A stretch of DNA of 64,000 bases from contig DASUAL010000133.1 in the NCBI GenBank assembly GCA_035763805.1, positions 2,518-66,517 on the forward strand, read 5' to 3'. The translations under genes and the position numbers were made by a program. Of the stretch, positions 44,701-54,605 are shown one piece after another; positions within the stretch are counted from its first letter, which is position 1; each line of letters begins with the position of its first letter. The DNA comes from Gemmatimonadales bacterium (GTDB lineage: Bacteria > Gemmatimonadota > Gemmatimonadetes > Gemmatimonadales > GWC2-71-9). The notes below the pieces were generated by a model. The model did no database searches and was not told the DNA's origin. It saw nothing but the letters and a program-made list of their open reading frames with translations.

Positions 44701-46044
44701 ATGCGCCTAGCCTGTGCTCCTGCGCACGTGCTGGCCGTGGCCGCAGCCATCGCGTCGTCGTTGTCGCGTCCGTGTGCGGGGCAGGCACCCCCTGGCCGGC
44801 TCGAAGAGCGCGTCTCCAGTGTGACCGACACGTCACAGACGTACGCGCTCTATCTCCCGCCCGGCTACGGGACCGAGCAACGCTGGCCCGTCCTGTTCGT
44901 GCTCGACCCGCGAGGGCGGGCCTTGCTCGGGCTCGAGCTGTTTCGAGCCGCCGCCGCCCGGCTCGGCTACGTCATCCTGAGCTCCTACAACACGCTGAGC
45001 GACGGCCCACCTGAGCCGAACCTCGTGGCCATGAACGCCATGCTGACGTCGGCCCAGGCGCGCTTGTCCATCGACCCGTCGCGGCTGTACCTCGCGGGGT
45101 TCTCAGGCACTGCGCGGTTGGCCTTGCGGTTCGCGGTCGAGCTCCGCGGGCACGTGGCCGGGGTGATCGCGGCGGGCGGGGCGCTGGGGTTCGAGCTCGG
45201 GGGCCCCGAAACCACGTTTGCGGGCGATTCGAGGTTCGCGTACTTCGGTGCAGCAGGGACACGGGACTTCAACTATGAAGAGGTCCGCGCGATGGGCGAT
45301 CGGTTTCGCACGACGCGCGTGCCGTTTCGGGTTGTGGCGTTCGACGGGCCGCACAGCTGGCCGCCGGTGGACGTCTGCAGCGAGGCGCTCGAGTGGCTCG
45401 AGCTGCGCGCGATGCTCGGCACCCTGCGGGCGATGGATTCGAGCTGGGTGCGGACGCGCCTCGCGGGCGAGCTGGCCCGTGCATCGGAGCTCGAGCAGCT
45501 GGGCCGCTGGGACGAGGCAGCGCGCCTCAATGAGGCGATTGGGCGCGACTACGCTGGCTGGCCCGACGCGCGCGGCGCCGCCGCACGGGCGGCCACGTTG
45601 CGCAGCAGTCCGGTCATGATCCGGTACGAGACCGAGGCGCGTCGCCTCGGCGATCGCGATCAACGCCAGGGGTTGGACCTGCCGAAGATCCTGACGTGGG
45701 CCAGAGCGCAGCACGACCCCCCCGCGGTGCGGGACCTGGCGCACAGGCTTCGCATCCCGGAGCTGCAGAGGACCGTGGAGCGCGGAGACAGCCTGGAGGC
45801 GGCGAGCGCGCGCCGGTTGCTCGCGCGGATTCTCGTCCATCTCGCGTTCTACGAGCCGCGCACGTACCTCGCGGGGAACTCACCCGATCGCGCGCTGCGA
45901 ATGTTCGAAACCGCGATCGCCATCGGTCCGATACAGGGGGAGGCGTGCGCGCTGCTCCGTCAGGCGCTCGGTGCCGCGACCGAGGACCAGCGAAAGCGGC
46001 TCGCGGAGCAATGCGTACCCCCTTCAACGGGTGAGCCGGAGTAG
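44701..46044 (+). CDS. Exported alpha/beta hydrolase (esterase-like) with helical C-terminal domain
   Basis: ORF 44560..46044 trimmed to the ATG at 44701 (signal peptide). YALYLPPGY...WPVLFVLDP and the nucleophile elbow GFSGT. Confidence 0.65.
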   Translation: MRLACAPAHVLAVAAAIASSLSRPCAGQAPPGRLEERVSSVTDTSQTYALYLPPGYGTEQRWPVLFVLDPRGRALLGLELFRAAAARLGYVILSSYNTLSDGPPEPNLVAMNAMLTSAQARLSIDPSRLYLAGFSGTARLALRFAVELRGHVAGVIAAGGALGFELGGPETTFAGDSRFAYFGAAGTRDFNYEEVRAMGDRFRTTRVPFRVVAFDGPHSWPPVDVCSEALEWLELRAMLGTLRAMDSSWVRTRLAGELARASELEQLGRWDEAARLNEAIGRDYAGWPDARGAAARAATLRSSPVMIRYETEARRLGDRDQRQGLDLPKILTWARAQHDPPAVRDLAHRLRIPELQRTVERGDSLEAASARRLLARILVHLAFYEPRTYLAGNSPDRALRMFETAIAIGPIQGEACALLRQALGAATEDQRKRLAEQCVPPSTGEPE

Positions 46045-46063
46045 CCCTTACCGGGCGGCGGCG

Positions 46064-47227
46064 TCAGCGGATCGCCTGGACCACGGGCACGCGGGCGGCC
46101 CGCCGCGCCGGGAAGAACCCGCCCAGCACTCCCATCACCACGGCGAAGAGCAGGCCCGCGAGCAGCAGCCCCGGAGTCACGCGGAAGCTGAACGCGATCT
46201 CGCTGAAGCTCGCCCAGTTGGTCGTGCTCGTGACGATCCCATTGATGGGCAGCGCGAGCAGGCACCCCACCGCCCCGCCGATTCCAGCGATGATCGCGGA
46301 CTCGAGGAGGAAGCTCGCGAGCACGTTCCGGGGATGGAAACCGAGCGTGAGCAGCACGGCGATCTCGGGCGCGCGCGCGGCCACGGCCGCGTACATCGTG
46401 TTCACCGCGCCGAACACCGCTCCGACCGCCATGATGCTGGTGATCAGGATCGCGAGGATCCGGAGGATGCGGCCCAGGAGCTGCGATTGCTGCACGTAGA
46501 ACGCCGACTCCCGGTGGGCGTCCACAGTGATGCGCTTGTCGTCTTCGAGGGAACGCTTCGCTTCCTCGAAGGCGGCGGGATCCCGCAGGCGGAACGTGAC
46601 GGACTGGAACACCTGGCCGCGGAACACCGGCATGAACTGCTCATTCTCACCCCAGATTTCCGACTCGAACGCGGATCCGGCGGCCGTGAAGTGGCACACG
46701 ACGGCCCAGTCGCGACCCGCAAAGCGCAACGATTCGCCGATGCCGGTGTTGGGGAAGCGGAGGACGATCCGGGTACCGAGGCAGATCTCCGAGCGGCCCG
46801 ATTGGGGCTTTCGCCCCGCGACGACCTGCACGTTGGAGCGTACGCTCCACGCCTGGTCGCTGATCCCGCGGACGACCACGTTCGCCACCTGGGTTGTGTC
46901 GAACCGCTTGGGCAGCGGGATCAGAACGTACACTTCGGGGCTCACGAGCGGGCGCCCGTCGGCTCCGGCGGCGACGTGCGGCGACGCGGTGAGAATGCGC
47001 GCGGCCTCGCGGCCAAGGCCGCTCGAGAGCTCCGAGTCAGCGCCTTTGCGGAGGACGAGCACGTTCCCATCGGAGCCTGTGCGGGCGAGCGCCGCGCGGA
47101 ACCCGTTGGCCAGTGCCAACATCCCGATGAAGACCGCGACCACGAGCGCGACGCCCAGCGCCGTGAGCGCCGTGGACACGGGCCGCTGCAGCACACTGCG
47201 GACGTTGTAGAGGATGGGGATCTTCAT
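46064..47227 (-). CDS. ABC transporter permease, FtsX/MacB family
   Basis: 387 aa. N-terminal TM helix, large periplasmic loop, C-terminal FtsX 3-TM bundle. 4-nt overlap with the upstream permease gene. Confidence 0.85.
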   Translation of the reverse strand: MKIPILYNVRSVLQRPVSTALTALGVALVVAVFIGMLALANGFRAALARTGSDGNVLVLRKGADSELSSGLGREAARILTASPHVAAGADGRPLVSPEVYVLIPLPKRFDTTQVANVVVRGISDQAWSVRSNVQVVAGRKPQSGRSEICLGTRIVLRFPNTGIGESLRFAGRDWAVVCHFTAAGSAFESEIWGENEQFMPVFRGQVFQSVTFRLRDPAAFEEAKRSLEDDKRITVDAHRESAFYVQQSQLLGRILRILAILITSIMAVGAVFGAVNTMYAAVAARAPEIAVLLTLGFHPRNVLASFLLESAIIAGIGGAVGCLLALPINGIVTSTTNWASFSEIAFSFRVTPGLLLAGLLFAVVMGVLGGFFPARRAARVPVVQAIR

Positions 47228-48366
47228 TCGACCCGCCGCAGTGCCTGCACGACGGGGAGGCGCGCCGCCCGGACGGCGGGGACCAGCCCGCTCGCGAGCA
47301 TGAGCAACAGCGCGATGGCGCCGCCCAGCGCGAGCGTGGCGCCCGTCACATCGAAGCCCGGCAGAAATCCGGCGGCGTTGAAGTTGGTCGCCTTGTAGAG
47401 CAGCTTCGCCCCGCCGAGTCCGAGCGCGGCACCGGTGACGGTGATGAGGCCCGCCTCGAGCATCACCAACCCGAACAGCCGGCGGTCCGAGAAGCCGATG
47501 GTCTTGAGCACGGCCACCTCACTCATGCGCTCGCGCGCGCTCATCATCATCGCGTTCGCGGTGACCAAGAGGATCGCGAACACCACCGCCATGCCGATCG
47601 TGTTCATGAGCAGGCTCACGTTGCCCCACATGGTCGCGAAGCTCGCGTTGAACGCCTGCTCCGTCCCCGTCTTGGTCGCCGCGCTCGAGTTCTTGAACTG
47701 GTCGTCGATGGTCCTGGCAATCGGTGCGGCGTTGTTGGGGTCGTCGATCCGCAAGATGTACCAGCCGGCGATACCCGCGCGTCCAAGGCGCTCGTCGAGC
47801 AACTGGTGGTGAAACATCAACGCGTCGTCATTGATCACCGGATCCGTGGGCGTGTAGACGCCGCGAATCGTGAACGTCCAGTCGCCCGGGAAGATCGTGC
47901 CCTGGATGGTGACGTTCTGGCCCACGCGCCAGCCGAAGACGTCCAGCAGCCTGACCCCGATGAGCGCGCCCGAGCGATCCTGAAGGAACGCCTCACGCTG
48001 GTCGGCGGGGACCGACATCTCCGGGTACAGGTCCAGGTATGACTCCGCGTCCACCGCGAAATTCGCGAAGAAGCGCTTGCCGTCGCCGTAGCGACCGCCG
48101 AACCAGTTGGCCCAGGTCACTCCCTCCACACCGGGCACCGTCCGCAGCCGATTCGCGTAGCTGAGCGGGAGCGGGAACACGATGCCCGTTGCGTTGGTCA
48201 CAACCAGGCGCCGAGCGCTGCCGAACTGGGCCGCGAGACCGATCGTCGTCACGACGGTGCGGAGCGACGCGAACAGGAACAGCGCCAGGGCCACGCTCGC
48301 GATCGTGAGGAACGTGCGCCGCTTGTGGCGGCCCAGATTCGCCAGCACCAGCGGCAGGTATTTCAC
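47224..48366 (-). CDS. ABC transporter permease, FtsX/MacB family
   Basis: 380 aa. Same architecture as 46064..47227. 4-nt overlap with the ATPase gene. Confidence 0.85.
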   Translation of the reverse strand: MKYLPLVLANLGRHKRRTFLTIASVALALFLFASLRTVVTTIGLAAQFGSARRLVVTNATGIVFPLPLSYANRLRTVPGVEGVTWANWFGGRYGDGKRFFANFAVDAESYLDLYPEMSVPADQREAFLQDRSGALIGVRLLDVFGWRVGQNVTIQGTIFPGDWTFTIRGVYTPTDPVINDDALMFHHQLLDERLGRAGIAGWYILRIDDPNNAAPIARTIDDQFKNSSAATKTGTEQAFNASFATMWGNVSLLMNTIGMAVVFAILLVTANAMMMSARERMSEVAVLKTIGFSDRRLFGLVMLEAGLITVTGAALGLGGAKLLYKATNFNAAGFLPGFDVTGATLALGGAIALLLMLASGLVPAVRAARLPVVQALRRVE

Positions 48367-49040
48367 GGCACCGCCTCCAGCACGCCCTTGTCCAGGTGGA
48401 GCACCGTCTTGGCTCGATCCGCCGCGTGGGCGTCGTGCGTCACGATGACGATGGTCTTGCCGAACTCGGCGTTCAGCCGCTGCAGCAGGGCGAGGACTTC
48501 CTGGGAGCTCTTGGCGTCGAGCTGTCCGGTCGGCTCGTCCAGGAGGATGAGAGTCGGGTCGCCCACGATGGCGCGCGCGATGGCCGTGCGTTGCTCCTGA
48601 CCGCCGGAGAGCTGGCGCGGATAGTGATGCATCCGGTCCTCGAGCCCCACGACCCCGAGCGCGATGCGCACACGTTCATCGCGCTCCTTCTTGGAGAGGC
48701 GCGTAAGCAGGAGCGGCAGCTCCACATTCTGATAGGCCGTAAGCACCGGCAACAGGTTGAACTGCTGGAACACGAAGCCGATGTGGCGGGAGCGCCAGGG
48801 CGCGAGCGCCGTCGCGCTCATCGCGCTCACCTCTGCGCCCGCCACCCGCACGGTGCCGCTGCTCGGCTTATCGAGCCCGGCGATCAGGTTGAGCAGGGTC
48901 GACTTGCCCGAGCCGGACGGCCCCATGAGGGCCGTGAAGCTGCCCTCCGGAACGTCGAGGGACAGCCCGGTGAACACGTCGATCCGCTGGGAATCGCGTT
49001 GGAACGCTTTGTACAGGTCGCGGATCTCGACCAATGCCAT
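48363..49040 (-). CDS. ABC transporter ATP-binding protein (MacB/LolD type)
   Basis: 225 aa. Walker A GPSGSGKST. Signature LSGGQEQR. Walker B LILLDEPT. Confidence 0.9.
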   Translation of the reverse strand: MALVEIRDLYKAFQRDSQRIDVFTGLSLDVPEGSFTALMGPSGSGKSTLLNLIAGLDKPSSGTVRVAGAEVSAMSATALAPWRSRHIGFVFQQFNLLPVLTAYQNVELPLLLTRLSKKERDERVRIALGVVGLEDRMHHYPRQLSGGQEQRTAIARAIVGDPTLILLDEPTGQLDAKSSQEVLALLQRLNAEFGKTIVIVTHDAHAADRAKTVLHLDKGVLEAVP

Positions 49041-49061
49041 GAGTCGCTCGCGAGTGAGAGG

Positions 49062-50321
49062 TTACGGATTGGTTAGCAGTACGCGCATTCCAGCCCGCGG
49101 GGTTTCGACCCCGCCGACCAGCACCAGCTCGCCGCCCGCCAGGCCGGAGCGAATCTCCCGAAAGCCCCCGCTCACCGGGCCCGCCTCCACGGATCGAGTC
49201 TCGAGCCGGCCTTGCCGGATCAGCCAGACCACCGTCCGCCCGTCCTGCTCCCGCACAGCCGCGGCGGGCACCCGGATCCGCGGCGCCGCGACCACCGCGG
49301 GTCGCCCGGAGGCCGTGTCCGGCTCCAAGAAGTCCACCCGCGCGCCCATCTCCGGAAGGATGCGCGGATCGTGGTCCAAGATGCTCACCTTGACCTGCAC
49401 CGTCGCCCGCTGCCGGTCGGCGGTGGGCACGACCTGGCGCACGGTGCCACGGAACGCCGTGTCGGGGTAGGCGTCGAGCGTGATCCGGGCGGTCTGGCCG
49501 CGCCGCACGCGGGCGATGTACGCCTCGTTCACGTCCACCTCGACCTCGAGCGTGGTCAAGTCGGCCATCGTCACGACCGCGCCCCGGGTGAGGCCGCCGC
49601 CGACCGAGGGTGCCACCACCTCCCCCACCTCCGCCTCCTTGCGGAGCACGGTTCCGGTGAACGGGGCGAGCACCAGCGTGTTCTCGAGGCTGGCCTGGGC
49701 GAAGCGGAGCCCCGCCTCCGCCGCTTCAATCCGCGCCTGAGCCGATCGGGCCCGCGCGTCGGCCTGCGCCGCACGGCTCTCAGCCGCGTCGACATCCTGT
49801 GGCGACACGAGCTGGGCGTTACGGGCGCGAATGTCCTGCAGGCGGCGCGCCTCGCGCTGCAGCTGGTCGCGGTCGGCCTCCGCCTCGATGAGCTGGGCGC
49901 GCGCGCTCGCCACGTTGGCCTCGGCCTGCGACACCTGCGCCTGATAGTCGGCGTTCTCGAGGCGTGCGATCACCTCGCCCCGGCGCACGTACGACCCTTC
50001 GCTGACGCCCAGGTAGGCGAGCCGGCCCGCCACCTTGGCCGATACGGAGGCGCGTGTGCGCGCCACGACATACCCGTTGGCCGTGACCGCAGTCGCGCCC
50101 GCCCCGCTCCCTCCGCCACCCGGCCCGGCGTCGAGCGCCGTCGCCACGACCGCCTGGACGGGCACACCTGAGCCCCGTCGCGCCACGACGACCGCCACGC
50201 CGATGATGACGACAGCGGCGACCGCCAGCAGGACATTGCGGCGTAGCGCCCGGCGCAGCGCGGGCGACGGCGCGTCGCGGTCGATGCGCAGCCTCGAGAG
50301 GTCGTGACCAGCCGTGGTCAT
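49062..50321 (-). CDS. Efflux periplasmic adaptor (HlyD/MFP family)
   Basis: ORF 49062..50495 trimmed to the ATG at 50321. TM anchor, coiled-coil hairpin (QAQVSQAEANVASARAQLIEAEADRDQLQRE) and beta-barrel domains. Confidence 0.85.
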   Translation of the reverse strand: MTTAGHDLSRLRIDRDAPSPALRRALRRNVLLAVAAVVIIGVAVVVARRGSGVPVQAVVATALDAGPGGGGSGAGATAVTANGYVVARTRASVSAKVAGRLAYLGVSEGSYVRRGEVIARLENADYQAQVSQAEANVASARAQLIEAEADRDQLQREARRLQDIRARNAQLVSPQDVDAAESRAAQADARARSAQARIEAAEAGLRFAQASLENTLVLAPFTGTVLRKEAEVGEVVAPSVGGGLTRGAVVTMADLTTLEVEVDVNEAYIARVRRGQTARITLDAYPDTAFRGTVRQVVPTADRQRATVQVKVSILDHDPRILPEMGARVDFLEPDTASGRPAVVAAPRIRVPAAAVREQDGRTVVWLIRQGRLETRSVEAGPVSGGFREIRSGLAGGELVLVGGVETPRAGMRVLLTNP

Positions 50322-50420
50322 GCGCGGGAATGTAAGACCGAGGGCCGTGTTGACACCAGGAATAGAGCGCGGCACCACGGCGACCTGGAGGCGCCCTAGC
50401 GGCCCCGCAGCCGAGGCATC

Positions 50421-51400
50421 ATGGTTCACCCGATGCCTGGGCGGCGTACAATCCCTTCCTCGTTGCCCTCTCGGCGCTGATCGCCGTTTGGGCATCCTAT
50501 GATGCCTTGCAGCTGGCCGGCCGCGCGAGCGTGGCCACTGCCCGTGCCTACCCTATTGGGCTGACCGCTGGCTCGCTCGCGATGGGAATGGGGATCTGGA
50601 GCATGCATTTCGTGGCGATGCTCGCCCTGCGACGTCCGGTGTCGGTGAGGTACAGCGTGGCGCTGGTCACGCTGTCCGTCGTCGTGGCCGGCTGCGTCGT
50701 CCGTGGCGTTCGTGCTCGTCACCAGAGAGGCCATGGGCCACCCCTTGTTCTGGGCAGGCTGCGTGGGAATGGGCCTGGCGATCTCCGGAATGCACTACTC
50801 GGTCGCGATCGCCATCGTCGCATCGTTCGCCGCGCTGCGGCCTCGCGACGGTCGTCGCCCTGGGTACGGCCGCCATGCTCGGGATGGCGCAGCTCGGGGT
50901 GATTGTCAGTCGGCGCGAAGAGCAGTCCGGCAGAGCGACGAGCGACTTCAGTTGCCGGTCGATCGAGTCCAACAGTATGCGATCCTCATGCTCGATCCTG
51001 AGGGACGCGTGAGCAGCTGGAACGGCGGCGCGCAGCGGATCAAGGGATACGAAGCGAAGGAAATCGTCGGTCAGCACTTCTCGCGCTTCTATAACCGCTG
51101 AAGATGTCGCCGAGGGCAAACCGCAACGAGCGCTTGAGACGGCCGCGGTGCGAGGCTGGTTCGAAGACGAGGGCTGGCGCATCCGGAAGGGCGGCTCGCG
51201 TTTTTGGGCCACCGTCCTGATTACCACGATTCGCGACTCCACGGGCGCCCTCGTCGGGTTCTCGAAGGTCACGCGCGACATCACCGAGTGCAGACGGCAA
51301 GGGCCACAAGGAGATCGCCGCCGCCTTGTCCGTCAGTCCGAAGACCATCGGTACCTATGATCTCATTCGGTACGCCGTGGAACACGACCTCAAGCCATAG
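50421..51400 (+). pseudogene. Decayed MHYT-domain / PAS / LuxR-HTH sensor-regulator gene (multiple frameshifts and internal deletions)
   Basis: Pieces occur in all three + frames. MHYT TM repeats: AAYNPFLVALSALIAVWASYDALQLAGR...GIWSMHFVAML; FVLVTREAMGHPLFWAGCVGMGLAISGMHYS; GLATVVALGTAAMLGMAQLGVIVSRREEQ. PAS: QQYAILMLDPEGRVSSWNGGAQRIKGYEAKEIVGQHFSRFY / TAEDVAEGKPQRALETAAVRGWFEDEGWRIRKGGSRFWATV...FSKVTRDITE. Truncated HTH: GHKEIAAALSVSPKTIGTY|DLIRYAVEHDL. Confidence 0.65.
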
Positions 51401-51469
51401 GTCGATTCCCGACACGCGCAGGGAATCGCGCACACCGGCAGTTCGAGCTTGCGGACAGCGGAAGCGAAT

Positions 51470-51587
51470 CAGCGTGAAAGCCGTCGAGCTCCACCGCAGC
51501 GAGCCGATGAAGCGGCTCGGGATCGCCCACGTGGCCGGCCTCGTGCGCTACGCCGTGCGGGCGGGGCTCGTTTCGCAAGCGAGCTGA
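51470..51587 (+). pseudogene. Orphan C-terminal fragment of a second LuxR/FixJ-type HTH
   Basis: ISVKAVELHRSEPMKRLGIAHVAGLVRYAVRAGLV. No receiver or N-terminal HTH half lies upstream in frame. Confidence 0.45.
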
Positions 51588-51599
51588 GCGGCCGCGCGC

Positions 51600-52106
51600 T
51601 CAACCCCGCAGGCCCGCGAACAGGGCGACGACCGCGATCACGACCCCCAACGCCATCTTGGCCGCTGCCGCCGCCGCCCGGCCGAGCACGGCGCCCCACC
51701 CGGCTCCAACGGCGGCGTCCGCTCGCTGGGCCCGCGAGTACTCGAACACCGCCGCGCCCACGAACGACCCGACGAACCCCCCTAGCACCGACCCGAGGAC
51801 CGGCACGGGGACGCCGACCACGGCACCGACCAGGCCGCCGAGCAGCGCTCCCCAACCGGCCCGGCTCGATCCCCCGTAACGCCGCGCGACGCGGAACCCC
51901 GCCCACGTCTCGACGATCTCGCCGAGCAGCGCCAGCGCCATCACGAGCGCAATGATCCCCGGGGTAACCGATCGGAAGCCCGTGAGCCAGCCATGGGCCA
52001 GGACGCCGAGCGCCATGACCCACAGTCCGGGGAGTCCCAAGGGCACGAGTAGCAGGCCGGCGACCGTGCAGGCGACGAGGATCAGAACGGCCGCGACGTC
52101 ACCCAC
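51600..52106 (-). CDS. DUF456 domain-containing membrane protein
   Basis: ORF 51600..52172 trimmed to the GTG at 52106, which overlaps the stop of the kinase remnant. Gly-rich TM helices (GWGALLGGLVGAVVG...) are typical of DUF456. Confidence 0.75.
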   Translation of the reverse strand: MGDVAAVLILVACTVAGLLLVPLGLPGLWVMALGVLAHGWLTGFRSVTPGIIALVMALALLGEIVETWAGFRVARRYGGSSRAGWGALLGGLVGAVVGVPVPVLGSVLGGFVGSFVGAAVFEYSRAQRADAAVGAGWGAVLGRAAAAAAKMALGVVIAVVALFAGLRG

Positions 52107-52723
52107 CGCCGGGAACGTCCTGCGACTCGCCGCCCCGCTGCCGCGGAATCGGCAGCTCCAGGGTAAAGGCACTGCCCGCGCCCACGGCGAGGCCCATCCC
52201 GGAGCCCGAGCCGGGCGGCTTCGTCGTAAACCCTGCTTCGAAGATCCGATCGAGATGCTCGGGCGCGATCCCCACGCCTCGGTCGCGAACCGTCAGACGG
52301 AGCGTGTCGCCGGCTTGGTCGAGCGTGACCTCGACCCTCTCACGGCCTCTCGAAGCATCCACGGCGTTGCGGATGAGATTCGTGACGACCTGATAGAGCG
52401 CACTCGGCTCCCCGTAGAGAAAGGCCGAGTCGACGGCGGTTTCCCATTTGAGGGCCACGCCGCTCTTCCGGGCGAGCGGGCGCTCGAGCGTCAGGGGAGC
52501 CCCACTGCCAGAGGGTGGCTTCAAGATCGAGTTTCGTGGCGTGAGGAGGCGGATTGGGCAGACCGCTCACGAGCGGGGTGACGCCTGTCGTGGCGGACAC
52601 CTCCCACAGCGTGACGACGCGACCCTGCAGCGCGGCGCCCGCCTGCCGTAGCACTTCGCGCTGGTGCTGCTCCCGGGCACTCACCGCCGTTTCCTTTGCT
52701 CCGATTCGACGGCCGCTGAACAT
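52099..52723 (-). pseudogene. Histidine kinase remnant (HATPase_c only; no HisKA/H-box; frameshift and internal deletion)
   Basis: N box VVTNLIRNAVDA, G1 box DRGVGI and G2 box GSGMGL are present. G2 runs straight into ...GAGSAFTLELP, so about 20 aa are missing. The upstream segment (RVVTLWEVSATTGVTPLVSG...LDLEATLWQWG) is in another frame. No H-box was found. Confidence 0.55.
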
Positions 52724-52754
52724 GCAGGTCCACGTGGAATCCGGCTAGGACCTG

Positions 52755-52940
52755 CTATGCCTCCGCCGCCGCGTCTCCGAGGGGCGCGTCGAGCACCTCG
52801 CGAACCCTCGTGATGAGCTGCCGGCTGGTGAACGGTTTCCCCAGGAACGCCGTGGAAGGCTCGACGATCTCGTTCTGGAACACGGCTTCGGCCGCCAGCG
52901 CGGACGCCCGTGAAGCGGGGCCCGGGCTTCGCGGTGCCAC
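52755..52940 (-). pseudogene. C-terminal fragment of a receiver domain
   Basis: 61-aa ORF. ...FLGKPFTSRQLITRVREVL corresponds to beta5/alpha5 of a REC domain. The N-terminal three quarters are absent. Confidence 0.4.
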
Positions 52941-53345
52941 TCAGCGAGCGACGGCTTTGCGTTCCCGCACCAGCAACGCAGCGTCGAGCCAGGCCGCGAG
53001 CTGCTCGACGCGGAAGGGTTTGCGGAAGACGGTGCAGCGCTGGAGCTCGAGCCAGGGCCGGACGTCGGGCGCGTCGGCATCCCCCGTCATCACGGCAATC
53101 CGCCCCTCGAGCTGCGGCCAGCGGTGCACGATGGCGAGGTATAGGGCGAGTCCCGACATCGTCGGCAGGCGCACATCCAGCAGCACCGCGTCCACGGGCC
53201 CGCCGGCGAGGAGCGCATAGGCCGTGTCCGCCTCCGCGGCGGTGAGGACGCGACACCCCATGGCGACAAGGGCGCTCTGGAGCGCGCCTCGGAGCGTGAA
53301 GTCGTCATCCACGATCAGCACGGTGCTGCGCGGTGTGGCCTTCAT
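52941..53345 (-). CDS. Single-domain response regulator (CheY-like receiver)
   Basis: 134 aa. LIVDDD, phospho-acceptor LLDVRLP, MTG and RKPF motifs are all intact. Confidence 0.85.
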   Translation of the reverse strand: MKATPRSTVLIVDDDFTLRGALQSALVAMGCRVLTAAEADTAYALLAGGPVDAVLLDVRLPTMSGLALYLAIVHRWPQLEGRIAVMTGDADAPDVRPWLELQRCTVFRKPFRVEQLAAWLDAALLVRERKAVAR

Positions 53346-53552
53346 ACTTCTGACGATGGCGGCGGCTGGGCCAAAAGGACGTGAGGCAGGTCACACAGCA
53401 TCGCGGGCCGTGCACACAACCGCTCGCAAGGGCTCGCGCAAATGCCACGGAGGAAACGGGTTTCGCACGCCGGCCCCGCGGCCGGAACGACCTGGTCCCG
53501 AGCGGCCGGGACCGCGAAATTGCGTTGTCTCCTCGCTTCGGAGGCCAGCCGT

Positions 53553-54605
53553 ATGGACCTGAAACGATTGAGCGGGTTGGTCGCCTGCGTCGGGGGACTC
53601 GGCGTGGCCGCGCCCGCGCCCGGACAGCAGCCCCCGGCCACGCTGACGGAATTCCTGCAACGTCGCATCGGCCTCGACTCGGCGCAGCTCGCCGCGGTGG
53701 CCCGAGGCCGGGCCGTGGCGAAGGTCCTCGACACCCAGGACAAGCGAGACGTCGCGGTGTTCGCGATCATCACCGCCCGCGTGCCGCGCGACGTCTACGT
53801 CCGACGTGTGCAGGACTTCCCGACCTCGCTGCGCACGCCCACCCGCACCCAGTTCGGCATCTTCAGCGACCCGGCGACCGCGGCCGACCTCGCGGCCTTG
53901 ACCGTCGACAGCCGCGATATCGCGGATCTGAAGGACTGCCGGCCCGGGAACTGTAAGGTCAAGCTGCCGGCGACCGAGATGCGACGGATCCGAGAGGAGA
54001 TCGATTGGAAGGCGGGCGACGTGCAGGCGCAGGTGGACGCCTATGCGCGGCGGCGCCTGCTGGAGTACGTCACCGACTACCGCGCGCGCGGGGACACGGC
54101 GATGGTAGTGTACGACGACCGCGGCAACGTCCGCGCGAGCGATGCCTTCGCCGCACTGCTGGGGCAGTCACCATACGTGTACGAGTACGCCCCCTCCTTC
54201 CATAAGTACCTCGCGACGTATCCGCACGGGAAGCTCGACGGCCTCACCGAGGTGCTGTTCTGGTCGGACGAGGCGCTGCCCCGCCTGAAGCCGATTCTCA
54301 GCATCACTCACCTGGCGGTGTACGCGCCGCCTGAGCTGCCCGGGGCGACCCTCGTGGCGGCCAAGCAGATCTACGCGGATCACTACTTCGAGGCCGCCTT
54401 CGAGCTCTTGACCGTCATCGACCGGCCCACCTCGGCAGGAGAGGCGGGGATTTATCTGGTGCTGCTGCGGCGGTTTCGCTTCGACGACCTCCCGAGCGGC
54501 GGGCTCATCAACATCCGGGGCAAGGTCGTCGGAAAGCTGCGCGATCAGGCGCGCGCCGACCTGGAGCGAGCGACACAGGATCCGGCAGCCCCGGTCCCTG
54601 ACTAG
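53553..54605 (+). CDS. Secreted hypothetical protein
   Basis: ORF 53442..54605 trimmed to the ATG at 53553, preceded by GGAGG. Signal peptide MDLKRLSGLVACVGGLGVAAPAPGQ. No domain recognised. Confidence 0.6.
   Translation: MDLKRLSGLVACVGGLGVAAPAPGQQPPATLTEFLQRRIGLDSAQLAAVARGRAVAKVLDTQDKRDVAVFAIITARVPRDVYVRRVQDFPTSLRTPTRTQFGIFSDPATAADLAALTVDSRDIADLKDCRPGNCKVKLPATEMRRIREEIDWKAGDVQAQVDAYARRRLLEYVTDYRARGDTAMVVYDDRGNVRASDAFAALLGQSPYVYEYAPSFHKYLATYPHGKLDGLTEVLFWSDEALPRLKPILSITHLAVYAPPELPGATLVAAKQIYADHYFEAAFELLTVIDRPTSAGEAGIYLVLLRRFRFDDLPSGGLINIRGKVVGKLRDQARADLERATQDPAAPVPD

Noticed and set aside
42545-44710. 721-aa + strand ORF
   Set aside because: It is antisense to the Ser/Thr kinase-TPR gene. 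No motifs, and Arg/Gly/Pro-rich.
53470-53513. Two adjacent GC hairpins (CCGGCC-CCGC-GGCCGG; GGTCCCG-AGCGGC-CGGGACC) in the 207-nt divergent intergenic region
   Set aside because: Short stems, no flanking T-runs, and no recognisable riboswitch or attenuator architecture. They may be a leader structure, but the evidence is too weak.
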